Positions 1 to 8,969 of a DNA stretch of 64,000 bases are shown piece by piece (position 1 is the stretch's first letter; each line of letters starts with the position of its first letter). The position numbers were made by a program, and so were the translations under genes. The notes beneath the pieces were generated by a model. It saw only the letters and a program-made list of their open reading frames with translations. It was not told the DNA's origin and ran no database searches. The DNA lies in the NCBI GenBank assembly GCA_963760915.1, contig CAVXEU010000003.1, forward strand, positions 266,370 to 330,369, written 5' to 3'. Origin of the DNA: an uncultured Bacteroidales bacterium. GTDB taxonomy: Bacteria > Bacteroidota > Bacteroidia > Bacteroidales > VadinHA17.

Positions 1-770
1 GGTCTGGTGGCATTATCAATACGAATAACTGAACCGGCAGTAATACTTAGCAATTCAGATACATCAGCTCCATTTATTGAAATCTCGAGCAGGTCAAGTT
101 GATTAAATCTTGCAAGCAGATCACCCACAGCAACATCGCTGTATCTGTTTGAGATTATATCGGTATAATTCTTATTACTTTGAATTAGTATTCTGTAATC
201 TTTATTCTCAAATACCCTGTAAAAGACCTCCCTTGTAATATTGGAAATGGCGTTTCCGTAAGAGTCAATAAATATAATACTGCCGATAATTACATCTTTA
301 TCAATTGTCGCTCTCAATGGTACTTTTTCACTCAGACTGGCAACCGATTTACCAAGATCCGAGGGTTTTTTTCCAGACATTAGCCCGGCAGCGGTTCTGG
401 CAAATACTTCCAGTTCATCTGAAATTCCAAGGGGATCGATTATTATAACCTCGTCAGGATCTGAATTGAGAATAAGGTTGAATATTCCATTATCGGTACC
501 AATAAAAAAGTGATCTTTTGCCCTCACTATAAGGTGTTGCTGATCTTTATGAGCCTCTGAATGGACACATATAATATGAACAGAGCCTTTAGGGTAGTGA
601 TTATATGTATTCCTTATTACAAAGGATGCATGAGCAATATTAAAAGCAGGGATCCCACCGGCGTTATCTATAATGATGGCTCCCGGGCACATACTGCTGA
701 GCTTTCCTTTAATGATTCCATAATAGATATCATCTGGCTTCCACTCTGTTGTTAAAGTAACTACCGGCAT
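1..770 (-). CDS. SAM hydroxide adenosyltransferase / DUF62 (chlorinase-fluorinase-like) family protein, N-terminal 256 codons; C-terminus lies beyond the window start
   Basis: This ORF is absent from the track because it runs off the window. I translated the reverse strand from the ATG at 770: MPVVTLTTEWKPDDIYYGIIKGKL...HFFIGTDNGIF...IGSIIFIDSYGNAISNITREVF... The frame stays open down to position 1. The xDxxGNxxxN segment and overall layout resemble the DUF62 family. The + ORF 561..755 is its antisense shadow. Confidence 0.6.
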   Translation of the reverse strand, partial: MPVVTLTTEWKPDDIYYGIIKGKLSSMCPGAIIIDNAGGIPAFNIAHASFVIRNTYNHYPKGSVHIICVHSEAHKDQQHLIVRAKDHFFIGTDNGIFNLILNSDPDEVIIIDPLGISDELEVFARTAAGLMSGKKPSDLGKSVASLSEKVPLRATIDKDVIIGSIIFIDSYGNAISNITREVFYRVFENKDYRILIQSNKNYTDIISNRYSDVAVGDLLARFNQLDLLEISINGADVSELLSITAGSVIRIDNATR

Positions 771-916
771 ATGAAAAAACTTATAACAAAGATAATCTTA
801 AAAGGAAAAAATAACCTTACTTTGTAATGTACAATGACTTTTTTTATAAACTATTTATCTTGTTTTATGATCTTTTGGCAAATCATTGTTAAGATCACTA
901 ATTTTTGTGAGGTTTA

Positions 917-1918
917 ATGACAGAGATTATAATATTTCTTGAGGATATTGACCCGGTTATCTTCTTTGGAACAAATAATTCGCTGCTTGATAAAATCCGC
1001 AGCTTCTTTCCTAAAATTAAGATCATGGCCAGAGGCAATGAGATCAAATGTATGGGAGAGGAGGGAGAGATAACTGTCTTTGCCGAGAAATTTAATGAGT
1101 TGATTGAATACTATCAAAAGTATCACCGTCTCGATGAACAGGATATCGAGAAATATTTCTTTGATTCTGAACATATGAAATCTGCATCGAACGGTGAATT
1201 TGAACAGGTTATAGTTTTCGGGACCAGTGGAAAACCTGTAAGAGCACGAACGGTAAACCAGTTGCAACTGGTCAATGATTATAAAACCAATGATCTTATA
1301 ATAGCTGAAGGACCTGCCGGAACAGGGAAGACATATACATCTATAGCATTGGCTGTGAGGGCATTAAAAGAAAGAGAGATTAAGAAGATAGTGCTTACAC
1401 GCCCTGCAGTTGAAGCCGGTGAAAGACTTGGATTCCTGCCCGGTGATATGAAGGAAAAACTTGATCCATACCTTCAGCCATTGTATGATGCTCTTCACGA
1501 TATGCTGCCTTTCAAAAAACTGGAAACATGGATTGAAGACGGGACAGTACAGATTGCTCCTCTTGCTTTTATGCGGGGGCGAACATTAGAAAATGCTTTT
1601 GTTATACTTGATGAAGCTCAGAATGCAACAATAAGCCAGATTAAAATGTTTCTGACAAGGATGGGTATAAGTTCAAAATTTATAATGACCGGAGATACAA
1701 CACAGATTGATCTGCCAAAGAAAAATGACTCGGGATTACTGCAGGCAATGAGAATTCTGGCCGGTATTGAAGGTATTTCAATTATAAAATTTGACGAGCG
1801 TGATATTGTAAGACATAAACTGGTAAAAAGAATAGTGAGGGCTTATGAAAATGAAGAGAATGAGGCCGATAAGCTTAAGAATATTTCATCTGAAAGATCA
1901 GGGTCTGGTAAAAAGTAA
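917..1918 (+). CDS. phoH: PhoH-family ATPase (phosphate starvation-inducible protein PhoH-like)
   Basis: The 333-aa ORF carries a Walker A motif (GPAGTGKTY), ILDEAQN (Walker B/DEAQ) and the typical PhoH C-terminal layout. Confidence 0.9.
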   Translation: MTEIIIFLEDIDPVIFFGTNNSLLDKIRSFFPKIKIMARGNEIKCMGEEGEITVFAEKFNELIEYYQKYHRLDEQDIEKYFFDSEHMKSASNGEFEQVIVFGTSGKPVRARTVNQLQLVNDYKTNDLIIAEGPAGTGKTYTSIALAVRALKEREIKKIVLTRPAVEAGERLGFLPGDMKEKLDPYLQPLYDALHDMLPFKKLETWIEDGTVQIAPLAFMRGRTLENAFVILDEAQNATISQIKMFLTRMGISSKFIMTGDTTQIDLPKKNDSGLLQAMRILAGIEGISIIKFDERDIVRHKLVKRIVRAYENEENEADKLKNISSERSGSGKK

Positions 1919-2023
1919 TTCTGATACCGATATGATTCGCTGTTCATGTTTGTTACACTAAAATATTCTGGGCAGTCGCAGAAAACTAATGAAAAGGAAT
2001 ATTTAAACTAATTTTTGAATATT

Positions 2024-2974
2024 ATGGTTAAGACAATCTTAAGTTCAAACTACAATTTCCCCGGACAGAAAAGTATCTACAAGGGAAAAGTCAGAGATGT
2101 TTATAATATAAATAATGATTATCTGTTGATGATCGTTTCAGACAGGATTTCAGCATTTGATGTAGTACTGCCTAAAGGCATACCTTATAAAGGGCAGGTA
2201 TTAAACCAGATAGCAGCAAAATTTCTGGATGCCACAAGCGATATTGTTCCTAACTGGAAAATAGCTACTCCTGATCCTACTGTAACCTTTGGTCATAAAT
2301 GCGAGCCCTATCCTGTTGAAATGATTGTAAGGGCTTATCTTACAGGTAGTTCATGGAGAACCTATAAATCAGGAGCCAGAGAAATATGTGGTGTTGAGAT
2401 TCCTGACGGAATGAAAGAACATCAACGGTTTGATAAGCCGATTATCACACCGACAACTAAAGCTGAACAGGGAAGACACGATGAAGATATTTCACGTAAT
2501 GAGATAATCAGCAGCGGACTTATTCCGGAAAATGAATATGATCTGATTGAGAAATATGCAATGGAGGTGTTTTTGAGGGGCTCTGAAATAGCGGCACAAC
2601 ATGGTTTGATTCTTGTAGACACCAAATATGAATTTGGTAGGAAAGATGGACGGATTTTTCTGATTGATGAAATCAATACTCCCGATTCTTCACGTTATTT
2701 CTATGCTGAAGGGTATGAGGAACGTTTTGAACAGGGACTTCCGCAAAAGCAGTTGTCAAAGGAATTTGTCAGGGAGTGGCTTATGGCAAATGGATTCCAG
2801 GGAAAAGAGGGACAGGAGGTCCCTGAAATGACTGATGATTATGTAAATGAGGTGTCTGATCGGTATATTGAACTTTTTGAAAAGATTACAGGTGAAAAGT
2901 TTTTAAGGGCAGATATTTCAAATGTCCCGGAAAGAATCGAGCAGAATTGCAGAAATTTTCTAAAAACTTTTTAG
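2024..2974 (+). CDS. purC: Phosphoribosylaminoimidazole-succinocarboxamide (SAICAR) synthase
   Basis: The ORF contains YKGKVRDVY...SDRISAFD...DTKYEFG, which are PurC signatures. The track start is a TTG at 2015. I prefer the ATG at 2024 (MVKTIL...). Confidence 0.9.
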   Translation: MVKTILSSNYNFPGQKSIYKGKVRDVYNINNDYLLMIVSDRISAFDVVLPKGIPYKGQVLNQIAAKFLDATSDIVPNWKIATPDPTVTFGHKCEPYPVEMIVRAYLTGSSWRTYKSGAREICGVEIPDGMKEHQRFDKPIITPTTKAEQGRHDEDISRNEIISSGLIPENEYDLIEKYAMEVFLRGSEIAAQHGLILVDTKYEFGRKDGRIFLIDEINTPDSSRYFYAEGYEERFEQGLPQKQLSKEFVREWLMANGFQGKEGQEVPEMTDDYVNEVSDRYIELFEKITGEKFLRADISNVPERIEQNCRNFLKTF

Positions 2975-3081
2975 TTTTTTAAAAATGCTGCAATTATTTA
3001 AATGGCTGGTTTTTGCTGAAATTGCGTTCAGATTCAAAATGTTCTTACTTTTGTTACCGAATTAAAATAGCACTCTTTATA

Positions 3082-5058
3082 ATGAAAATTGCAAACTGGC
3101 TAAATCCCCTGTTAGTTTTAATAACAGTTTTTGTCTTTAACAATGTGTCGGATGCACAGGTATTGGTTGAGAGATCAAAAGAAAAGGTAATTATCTCGGG
3201 TATTCCTTATTATATACACCATGTTAAGAAGGGAGAAACTGCTTACTCGATTTCAAAAGCTTATGGCATTACTGTTGAAGAGTTAATCAGAGAAAATCCT
3301 CCGGCTCTTTATGGAGTAAATGAGGGACAGGCGCTCAGAATTCCGTTTAACCTGGTCGATACTGCAAAACAGGCTGAATCAGTGCCTCCACTGAACCTTC
3401 CTCACGACAATGCCAAGTATATCTACCATATCCTTAAGCCGGGTGAAACAATCTATTCACTTTCAAAATCATATGGTGTCTCGGAAAACGAAATTATTCA
3501 AGGCAATCCGGGCATTGATATTAATAAATTATCTGTCGGTAGCGAAATAGCAATTCCAAGAAGGGAGTTTATGACAGAGAGACAGAAATTTGACAGTCAG
3601 CAGCAGAAATACATATATCACAAAGTACTGAAAGGGGAATCACTCTCCTCAATAGCTCAGCAATACGGACTAACTGTCAGAGTGTTAAGGAGGGAAAACA
3701 GGGATCTCAGATTTCCTCAGGTTGGCGATTTCGTCAGAATCCCGGTAGCAAATACGGTGGAGATTCCGGAGACTGAACCTGTACAGGCAGATACTGTACC
3801 GGCTGTTGTTGAAGAACCGGCAAGAATAGCCAGGCCACCGGGCTATACAACTGTAAAAGACCTCACAGGGTCATTGAATGTTGCCGTATTGTTACCTTTT
3901 TATCTTAAGGAGAATTCAGTCAGATTTGACATTGATTCATCAAGAATAGTTAATGGCAGAAAGATCTACAAACCAGTAAAAAAACCGGAGGACTGGATCT
4001 ATAGAGAGAGTATTGATTTTATTGAAATGTATGAGGGAATTCTGATCGCTGCAGATACTCTTCGCTCATTGGGTTTAAGTATTAACCTGAATATATATGA
4101 TATTAAAAGCGACACTGTTGAGGTTACCAGACTCATAATGTCAGGAAAGTTATCTTCAATGGATCTTATTATCGGTCCCGTATATTCGCATAACCTTAAT
4201 ATTGTCGCCGAATATGCCAGGGGGCTCGGGATACCTGTTGTATCGCCGGTTCCTTTAATAAATAACTCCGCACTTCTAAATAATCCTACTTTGTTTATGG
4301 CCAGTTCTTCACTTGAAATTGCCCAGATTGCTCTGGCAAAAAAAGTAAGTGAATACTACGATAATAATTTTGTGTTTATTCATACTGATACTGCAGGTAC
4401 CGATCCGGATGTAAACAGGTTTAAGAATTTGATATTTAGAGATTTGAGTTATAAATTGCCTTATGAGGAGATTAAGTTTAAAGAATTTCCATTTTATACC
4501 AGGTCTATGTTTGGCAATGATTCCATTAACAGACTGAGTCATGCTCTTTCAGACCATTCTGATAATGTTGTAATAATTGCATCTGAAGAAGCACCCGTTA
4601 TAAGTGAGGTGATTGATCAATTATACGGACTTTCAAGGAAATTCAATGTAAAAGTATTTGCTTATCCGGTAATCAGAGATATGGAAAGGCTTGACCAGAA
4701 GGAACTTTTTGATATGAATATGGTTGTATATTCTCCCTACTGGATCGATTATACAAAAAGTGATGTAATGCATTTTAATAAAGAGTTCAGGCATAAATTT
4801 CTTACCGAACCTGTTGAAAAGAGTTTTGCATGGCAGGGATATGATATCACTTATTACTTTTTGAGCGGATTGGCAATGTTTGGTAAGGAATTTCTTCAGC
4901 ATCCGGAAATACATTTCCCTGACCTGCTGCAGACTGAATATGATTTTGTGCGAAAAGGTGCTGGTGACGGATTTGAGAACCAGACACTCTTTCTAATCAG
5001 ATATACAAAGGATTACGAAGTAAAGCTTGTCAGGGATGATACATTTCCTCAGCAATAA
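3082..5058 (+). CDS. Secreted protein with three LysM peptidoglycan-binding repeats fused to a periplasmic-binding-protein type 1 (Leu/Ile/Val-binding-like) domain
   Basis: Three repeats of the form Y.H.V..GET.YSISK.YG......N..L..G..L.IP occupy aa about 60-240. The C-terminal half (LNVAVLLPF...IIGPVYS...) looks like a PBP1 fold. The ATG at 3082 gives a signal-peptide-like N-terminus (MKIANWLNPLLVLITVFVF). The track TTG at 3013 is less likely. Confidence 0.75.
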   Translation: MKIANWLNPLLVLITVFVFNNVSDAQVLVERSKEKVIISGIPYYIHHVKKGETAYSISKAYGITVEELIRENPPALYGVNEGQALRIPFNLVDTAKQAESVPPLNLPHDNAKYIYHILKPGETIYSLSKSYGVSENEIIQGNPGIDINKLSVGSEIAIPRREFMTERQKFDSQQQKYIYHKVLKGESLSSIAQQYGLTVRVLRRENRDLRFPQVGDFVRIPVANTVEIPETEPVQADTVPAVVEEPARIARPPGYTTVKDLTGSLNVAVLLPFYLKENSVRFDIDSSRIVNGRKIYKPVKKPEDWIYRESIDFIEMYEGILIAADTLRSLGLSINLNIYDIKSDTVEVTRLIMSGKLSSMDLIIGPVYSHNLNIVAEYARGLGIPVVSPVPLINNSALLNNPTLFMASSSLEIAQIALAKKVSEYYDNNFVFIHTDTAGTDPDVNRFKNLIFRDLSYKLPYEEIKFKEFPFYTRSMFGNDSINRLSHALSDHSDNVVIIASEEAPVISEVIDQLYGLSRKFNVKVFAYPVIRDMERLDQKELFDMNMVVYSPYWIDYTKSDVMHFNKEFRHKFLTEPVEKSFAWQGYDITYYFLSGLAMFGKEFLQHPEIHFPDLLQTEYDFVRKGAGDGFENQTLFLIRYTKDYEVKLVRDDTFPQQ

Positions 5059-5163
5059 TAAGTGTGCCGGGTTGTTCTCCCGGATTACACAAAATAGTGT
5101 TATGTTAATAAAAATTAACAATGGGGAATAATTGCATATTTTTAATTGTCTATATGTCATAGT

Positions 5164-5724
5164 ATGATTAAAGAATCGTACAGTACAGCTGAGGAAACCG
5201 AACTGGTTAGGGCAGCTCTGGATGGAAATAAGAATGCATTCGGAGAAATTGTTAGCCGCTACCAGAGGATGGTTGCGAGAACTGTTAAAGGGATGCTTGG
5301 AGATTCAGTTTTTGCAGAAGATATTGGACAGGAGGTGTTTATTAAACTTTTTTATTCGTTATCTGAATTCAGGGGAGAAGCAAAATTATCGACATATATT
5401 CAGAAAATTGCTGTGAACCTTACATTAAATGAGATAAAAAGAAGAAAAAGATTTTTTTCAATGTTTTCGCAAAAAGCTAACAACGAGATGTATGAATATG
5501 AAATTGCCGACCATGATACTGAAGAAAAGAAAGAGGCCTCTGAAATTGTTAATAAAGCACTATTGGCTATGGACCCGAAGTTTCGCATAATATTGACAAT
5601 GAGGATGCTGCAGGGCTATTCAACAAAAGAGACTGCAGAAATACTTGATTTGCCTCTGGGGACAGTTCTTTCAAGGTTATCAAGAGCACAGGAACAAATA
5701 AAAAAAATTCTGATTAAATTGTAA
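5164..5724 (+). CDS. ECF-type RNA polymerase sigma-70 factor
   Basis: Its size, a region-2-like segment (FGEIVSRYQRMVARTVKGMLGD...AEDIGQEVFIKLF) and a region-4 HTH (YSTKETAEILDLPLGTVLSRLSRA) support the call. The ATG at 5164 is preferred to the TTG at 5146. Confidence 0.85.
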   Translation: MIKESYSTAEETELVRAALDGNKNAFGEIVSRYQRMVARTVKGMLGDSVFAEDIGQEVFIKLFYSLSEFRGEAKLSTYIQKIAVNLTLNEIKRRKRFFSMFSQKANNEMYEYEIADHDTEEKKEASEIVNKALLAMDPKFRIILTMRMLQGYSTKETAEILDLPLGTVLSRLSRAQEQIKKILIKL

Positions 5725-5729
5725 AAGCC

Positions 5730-6083
5730 ATGAATACATCAGATGTAAAAAACATGTTAGTCAGCTCCCTGGATAAGGATACTGATCCTTCCGGGTTTTA
5801 TGGGAAACTTGAGGAGGAGGGAATATCTTACGATTTCAGCAAAAATTTTCACAACAGGGTTGTTGATAAATTATTTTCAGCCGGTTTAACAATCAGCCGG
5901 GAGGTGGATTTTGTAAAATATCTGAATTTTGCATTTTACAGGATTGCTCTTACGGGTGTAGCTGCAATTATTGTATTACTGATATCAATCTTTCTTATGC
6001 AGGGTTCTCTCTCCTTTAACTCATTTCTGGGATTGAATAATACTTATGATGAGAGTATTGTTTGTCTCTTAACTGGAAATTAA
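5730..6083 (+). CDS. Small single-pass membrane protein, candidate anti-sigma factor
   Basis: The 117-aa ORF starts 6 nt after the sigma stop. It has one hydrophobic helix (IALTGVAAIIVLLISIFLM) and no recognisable zf-HC2 motif. The call rests on position and topology only. Confidence 0.45.
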   Translation: MNTSDVKNMLVSSLDKDTDPSGFYGKLEEEGISYDFSKNFHNRVVDKLFSAGLTISREVDFVKYLNFAFYRIALTGVAAIIVLLISIFLMQGSLSFNSFLGLNNTYDESIVCLLTGN

Positions 6084-6086
6084 ATA

Positions 6087-6548
6087 ATGATGAAAGCAAA
6101 ACCAATTATATTAGTTTTTATAACACTTTTAATCGGATTTGTGCTGGGCATGCTTACCTCCGCACAGATCAGATACCATAAACTAAAACCTGTCAGAGTA
6201 TTCTTCTCTGAAGAGCGATTCCGAGATGGCTTTTATCAGGCAATACAACCCGATGAACAACAAAAGGCGAAGATTGATTTGATCCTTGATAAATATGCTG
6301 TAATTGTAAGTGATTTGCAGAATAATTTCCGAAAGAAACTTGATGCAACTATGAAAGAATTCAGGAAAGAACTTGATTTAAACCTTACAAAAGAACAGGC
6401 TGCCCGTTTAAAAGCAATGGATGAAAGGCGCCAGGAGATGATAAAGCAAAACAGGAGAAACTTCGATAGTGACACAACCGGAAATAATATGAGGCGTCAT
6501 GCCCCTCCTGACGGAAGGCCACACCCAGATGGGGCACCCCCTCGTTAA
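6087..6548 (+). CDS. Periplasmic Spy/CpxP-like (LTxxQ motif) protein
   Basis: The 153-aa ORF has an N-terminal TM or signal segment and a charged helical body. It contains LNLTKEQAARLKAM, which matches the LTxxQ motif, and starts 4 nt after the preceding gene. Confidence 0.5.
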   Translation: MMKAKPIILVFITLLIGFVLGMLTSAQIRYHKLKPVRVFFSEERFRDGFYQAIQPDEQQKAKIDLILDKYAVIVSDLQNNFRKKLDATMKEFRKELDLNLTKEQAARLKAMDERRQEMIKQNRRNFDSDTTGNNMRRHAPPDGRPHPDGAPPR

Positions 6549-6567
6549 ATGCAAAATATATAATCAG

Positions 6568-8799
6568 CTAATCAACACTGAAAAGCAGATAATCCAAAAG
6601 TATCGGCAAATCTTCAGGATTGACACCAAGTGATATAAGCAGTGGTCTGTCTTCTGTAAAAATTGATATGAACTGCTCTTTTGACAGTTCTCCGCTTATT
6701 ATGCTTTGCCTGTATAAATCAACAGCTTCTTTCTTTTTACCCTTACAAAGCAACAGGTGACCCATGTTTATCTGATCATGGGCATTTAATTTACCTTCAG
6801 ACAGACGTTCATAATATTTTTCTGAATCATCAAACCGCCCCATCGCAAAATAGCAAAACGCAATAGGTCTTAATATCTTAAGATTACCCGGCTCTTTATA
6901 CTCAACCTTGAAATAGTATTTTAAGGCTTGTTCGTAATCTTTAAGATCGAGATAGCAATGTGCAGCCATTATGGTGGTATGTATATTTTCAGGTTCCATA
7001 TCGTAAGCCTGCAGGTAGTATTCAAGTGCCTCCTCATTTTTACCCAGACGTCTAAGGCATAAACCTATTTTCTTTATAGTCCACATCTTCCGGTCGATAA
7101 GTTCTGCTCTTCTGTAATACTTCAGCGCTTCATCATATTCGGCACGCTCCTGGTAGCAGTATGCTATTTTTTCATAAAGCTGCGCATCAGATGGCTTGTC
7201 TTTTACCTGTTTCAGGAAGAGGCTCAGAGCATCTTCATAAAAATTTTTACTGAAAAAGTAATCAGCCAGACCTGTTTCAGCATCCGTAGTTTTACATGCC
7301 ATTTTAAAGAATTCCGAATTGTAAATATCCAGTTTTCCGATAAACAGATCCTCAAATTCCTTCTTGTAAGGGGAGAGTTTAAAGAACCTGTAAATATCCT
7401 GAAGATACTGGGTTACATTAGTCCTGAAATTTCTGAAAGGGTCAGTGACCGATTCGTCTTCATTCATTTGCTGCAGCCCTTCCAGCTCCATACGAAAAAC
7501 CTTGAGCATCATATTTTTTTGAGCCGATGGCAGATATTTAAGGTTTAGAAGCAATGAATATTTGTCCGAGTTACAGATAAACGGTGTCTTGTATAACGCT
7601 TCAGCCAGCTCATTGGTTCCTGGTCCAAGAATCTCATCATGGTAAATCTCATCTACAGTTTCAGAATCAGGATAAAATGGTACGAACCAATTCTGGAAGT
7701 CTTTAAAGAAGTCAAAATGCTTCATGTTGGCAAAAGCAGACATGTACACATCAGCCCCTTCCATCTGCAGCTTTGTAAGCTCTTCCATTGTCTTGAATAT
7801 TTCATCCGATTCGCTGAACATTTCTGACCAGTCAGGATTTTTCTCCTCAGTCATGTCATGTGGCAGAATATTATCAAGGTCGAGCTTTTCTTCTATCCTT
7901 GGTCTGAGTTTAGCAACCTGGGGCAATATTTCATCATGAAGCTTCTGTCCGAGTTTTTCTGTTTCCCTCGATCTGATTGTCTGCAAAACAATTATTCTGC
8001 AATGCTCCCTGAATATTTTGTTCTGACTCATTCTGACTATAAGACTGGTTATTTCGGGATACAGCAAAATTCTTTCATTATAATAATGCAGGTTCAGGAT
8101 GAGTCCGGAAATGGCTCTCTCCATTACCTGTTCCTGTCCTGCTTCGTATATTTTAATCAGATGAAACAGTTTTTCCGGTTGCCAGGTTCTGAAGGAACTC
8201 AATGTAATGGCACTGGTAAAGATACTGGCTTCATACCATCTGAATTTCCCTGAATTCAGGATGATATTTATCAGGCTGTTTTCAGCTTCACCGTAATAAT
8301 CGGTCAGCCACAGATGGTTGAATATATTTTTTATAAGTTGTTTGTGCTTCTTTGTGATTTCCGATTCAGGATCAGGATTTATCTCATTACTCAGTTTCAG
8401 CCATTCATCAAGATCCGATTTAAATATCAGGTCATCAACAGTTTCAATAAGAGTCTTGCCACTGAGCTTCATCTCTTTTTCTGCCTGCTGCTTAACCCAG
8501 TAGGTATGCCAGCCCGAATAATGTGACAATATGTCCTGTCGAACACGGTCAGAGAGTCCAAGAATTGACTGAATAAGTTTAAGGTAAATTTTATTTCTTT
8601 CCGGGTCATTTATTCCTTCAATTGTATATGTTACCATATTCCGGTAGGTCATTACAATATCTTCATATTCATCATGAAGATCACCATATGAAGAGGTAGC
8701 AATCATATCAGCCAGAATATCAAGGCTTTGCTTAATTCTTTTCTCCGATACCAGGTTGCTTAACCTTTTATGCTGCTTTATAATTTTTGCTACATCCAT
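6568..8799 (-). CDS. Tetratricopeptide-repeat protein (large N-terminal domain of unknown function)
   Basis: The long ORF has TPR-like repeats in its C-terminal third (AEYDEALKYYRRAELID, NEEALEYYLQAYDMEP, YEQALKYYFKVEYKEP, FDDSEKYYERL). I prefer the ATG at 8799 (MDVAKIIKQ...). The track start is 8838. Confidence 0.7.
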   Translation of the reverse strand: MDVAKIIKQHKRLSNLVSEKRIKQSLDILADMIATSSYGDLHDEYEDIVMTYRNMVTYTIEGINDPERNKIYLKLIQSILGLSDRVRQDILSHYSGWHTYWVKQQAEKEMKLSGKTLIETVDDLIFKSDLDEWLKLSNEINPDPESEITKKHKQLIKNIFNHLWLTDYYGEAENSLINIILNSGKFRWYEASIFTSAITLSSFRTWQPEKLFHLIKIYEAGQEQVMERAISGLILNLHYYNERILLYPEITSLIVRMSQNKIFREHCRIIVLQTIRSRETEKLGQKLHDEILPQVAKLRPRIEEKLDLDNILPHDMTEEKNPDWSEMFSESDEIFKTMEELTKLQMEGADVYMSAFANMKHFDFFKDFQNWFVPFYPDSETVDEIYHDEILGPGTNELAEALYKTPFICNSDKYSLLLNLKYLPSAQKNMMLKVFRMELEGLQQMNEDESVTDPFRNFRTNVTQYLQDIYRFFKLSPYKKEFEDLFIGKLDIYNSEFFKMACKTTDAETGLADYFFSKNFYEDALSLFLKQVKDKPSDAQLYEKIAYCYQERAEYDEALKYYRRAELIDRKMWTIKKIGLCLRRLGKNEEALEYYLQAYDMEPENIHTTIMAAHCYLDLKDYEQALKYYFKVEYKEPGNLKILRPIAFCYFAMGRFDDSEKYYERLSEGKLNAHDQINMGHLLLCKGKKKEAVDLYRQSIISGELSKEQFISIFTEDRPLLISLGVNPEDLPILLDYLLFSVD

Positions 8800-8969
8800 T
8801 TTTTTCTTTTTTAGAAATGATTTATGACAAATAATCATTTCAACCTGTAAAATTTATATAAGCAACAATCAGACCATTTCATTTATTAAGCCCGTCTTTC
8901 AAAGGTACTAAGCCAGTTCGTATACTGACATAATGAGTGAAATGAGTATAATCGTTTTTGCTCACCGAA

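Noticed and set aside
588-604. A 14-nt exact match (TTTAGGGTAGTGAT) shared with 63528-63541.
   Set aside because: Several exact 14-mers shared between two places are expected in a 64-kb window. One copy is in coding sequence and the other is intergenic, with no extended similarity.
561-755. 64-aa + strand ORF at the window start.
   Set aside because: It lies entirely antisense to a much longer reverse-strand ORF with recognisable DUF62-family character, so it is a shadow ORF.
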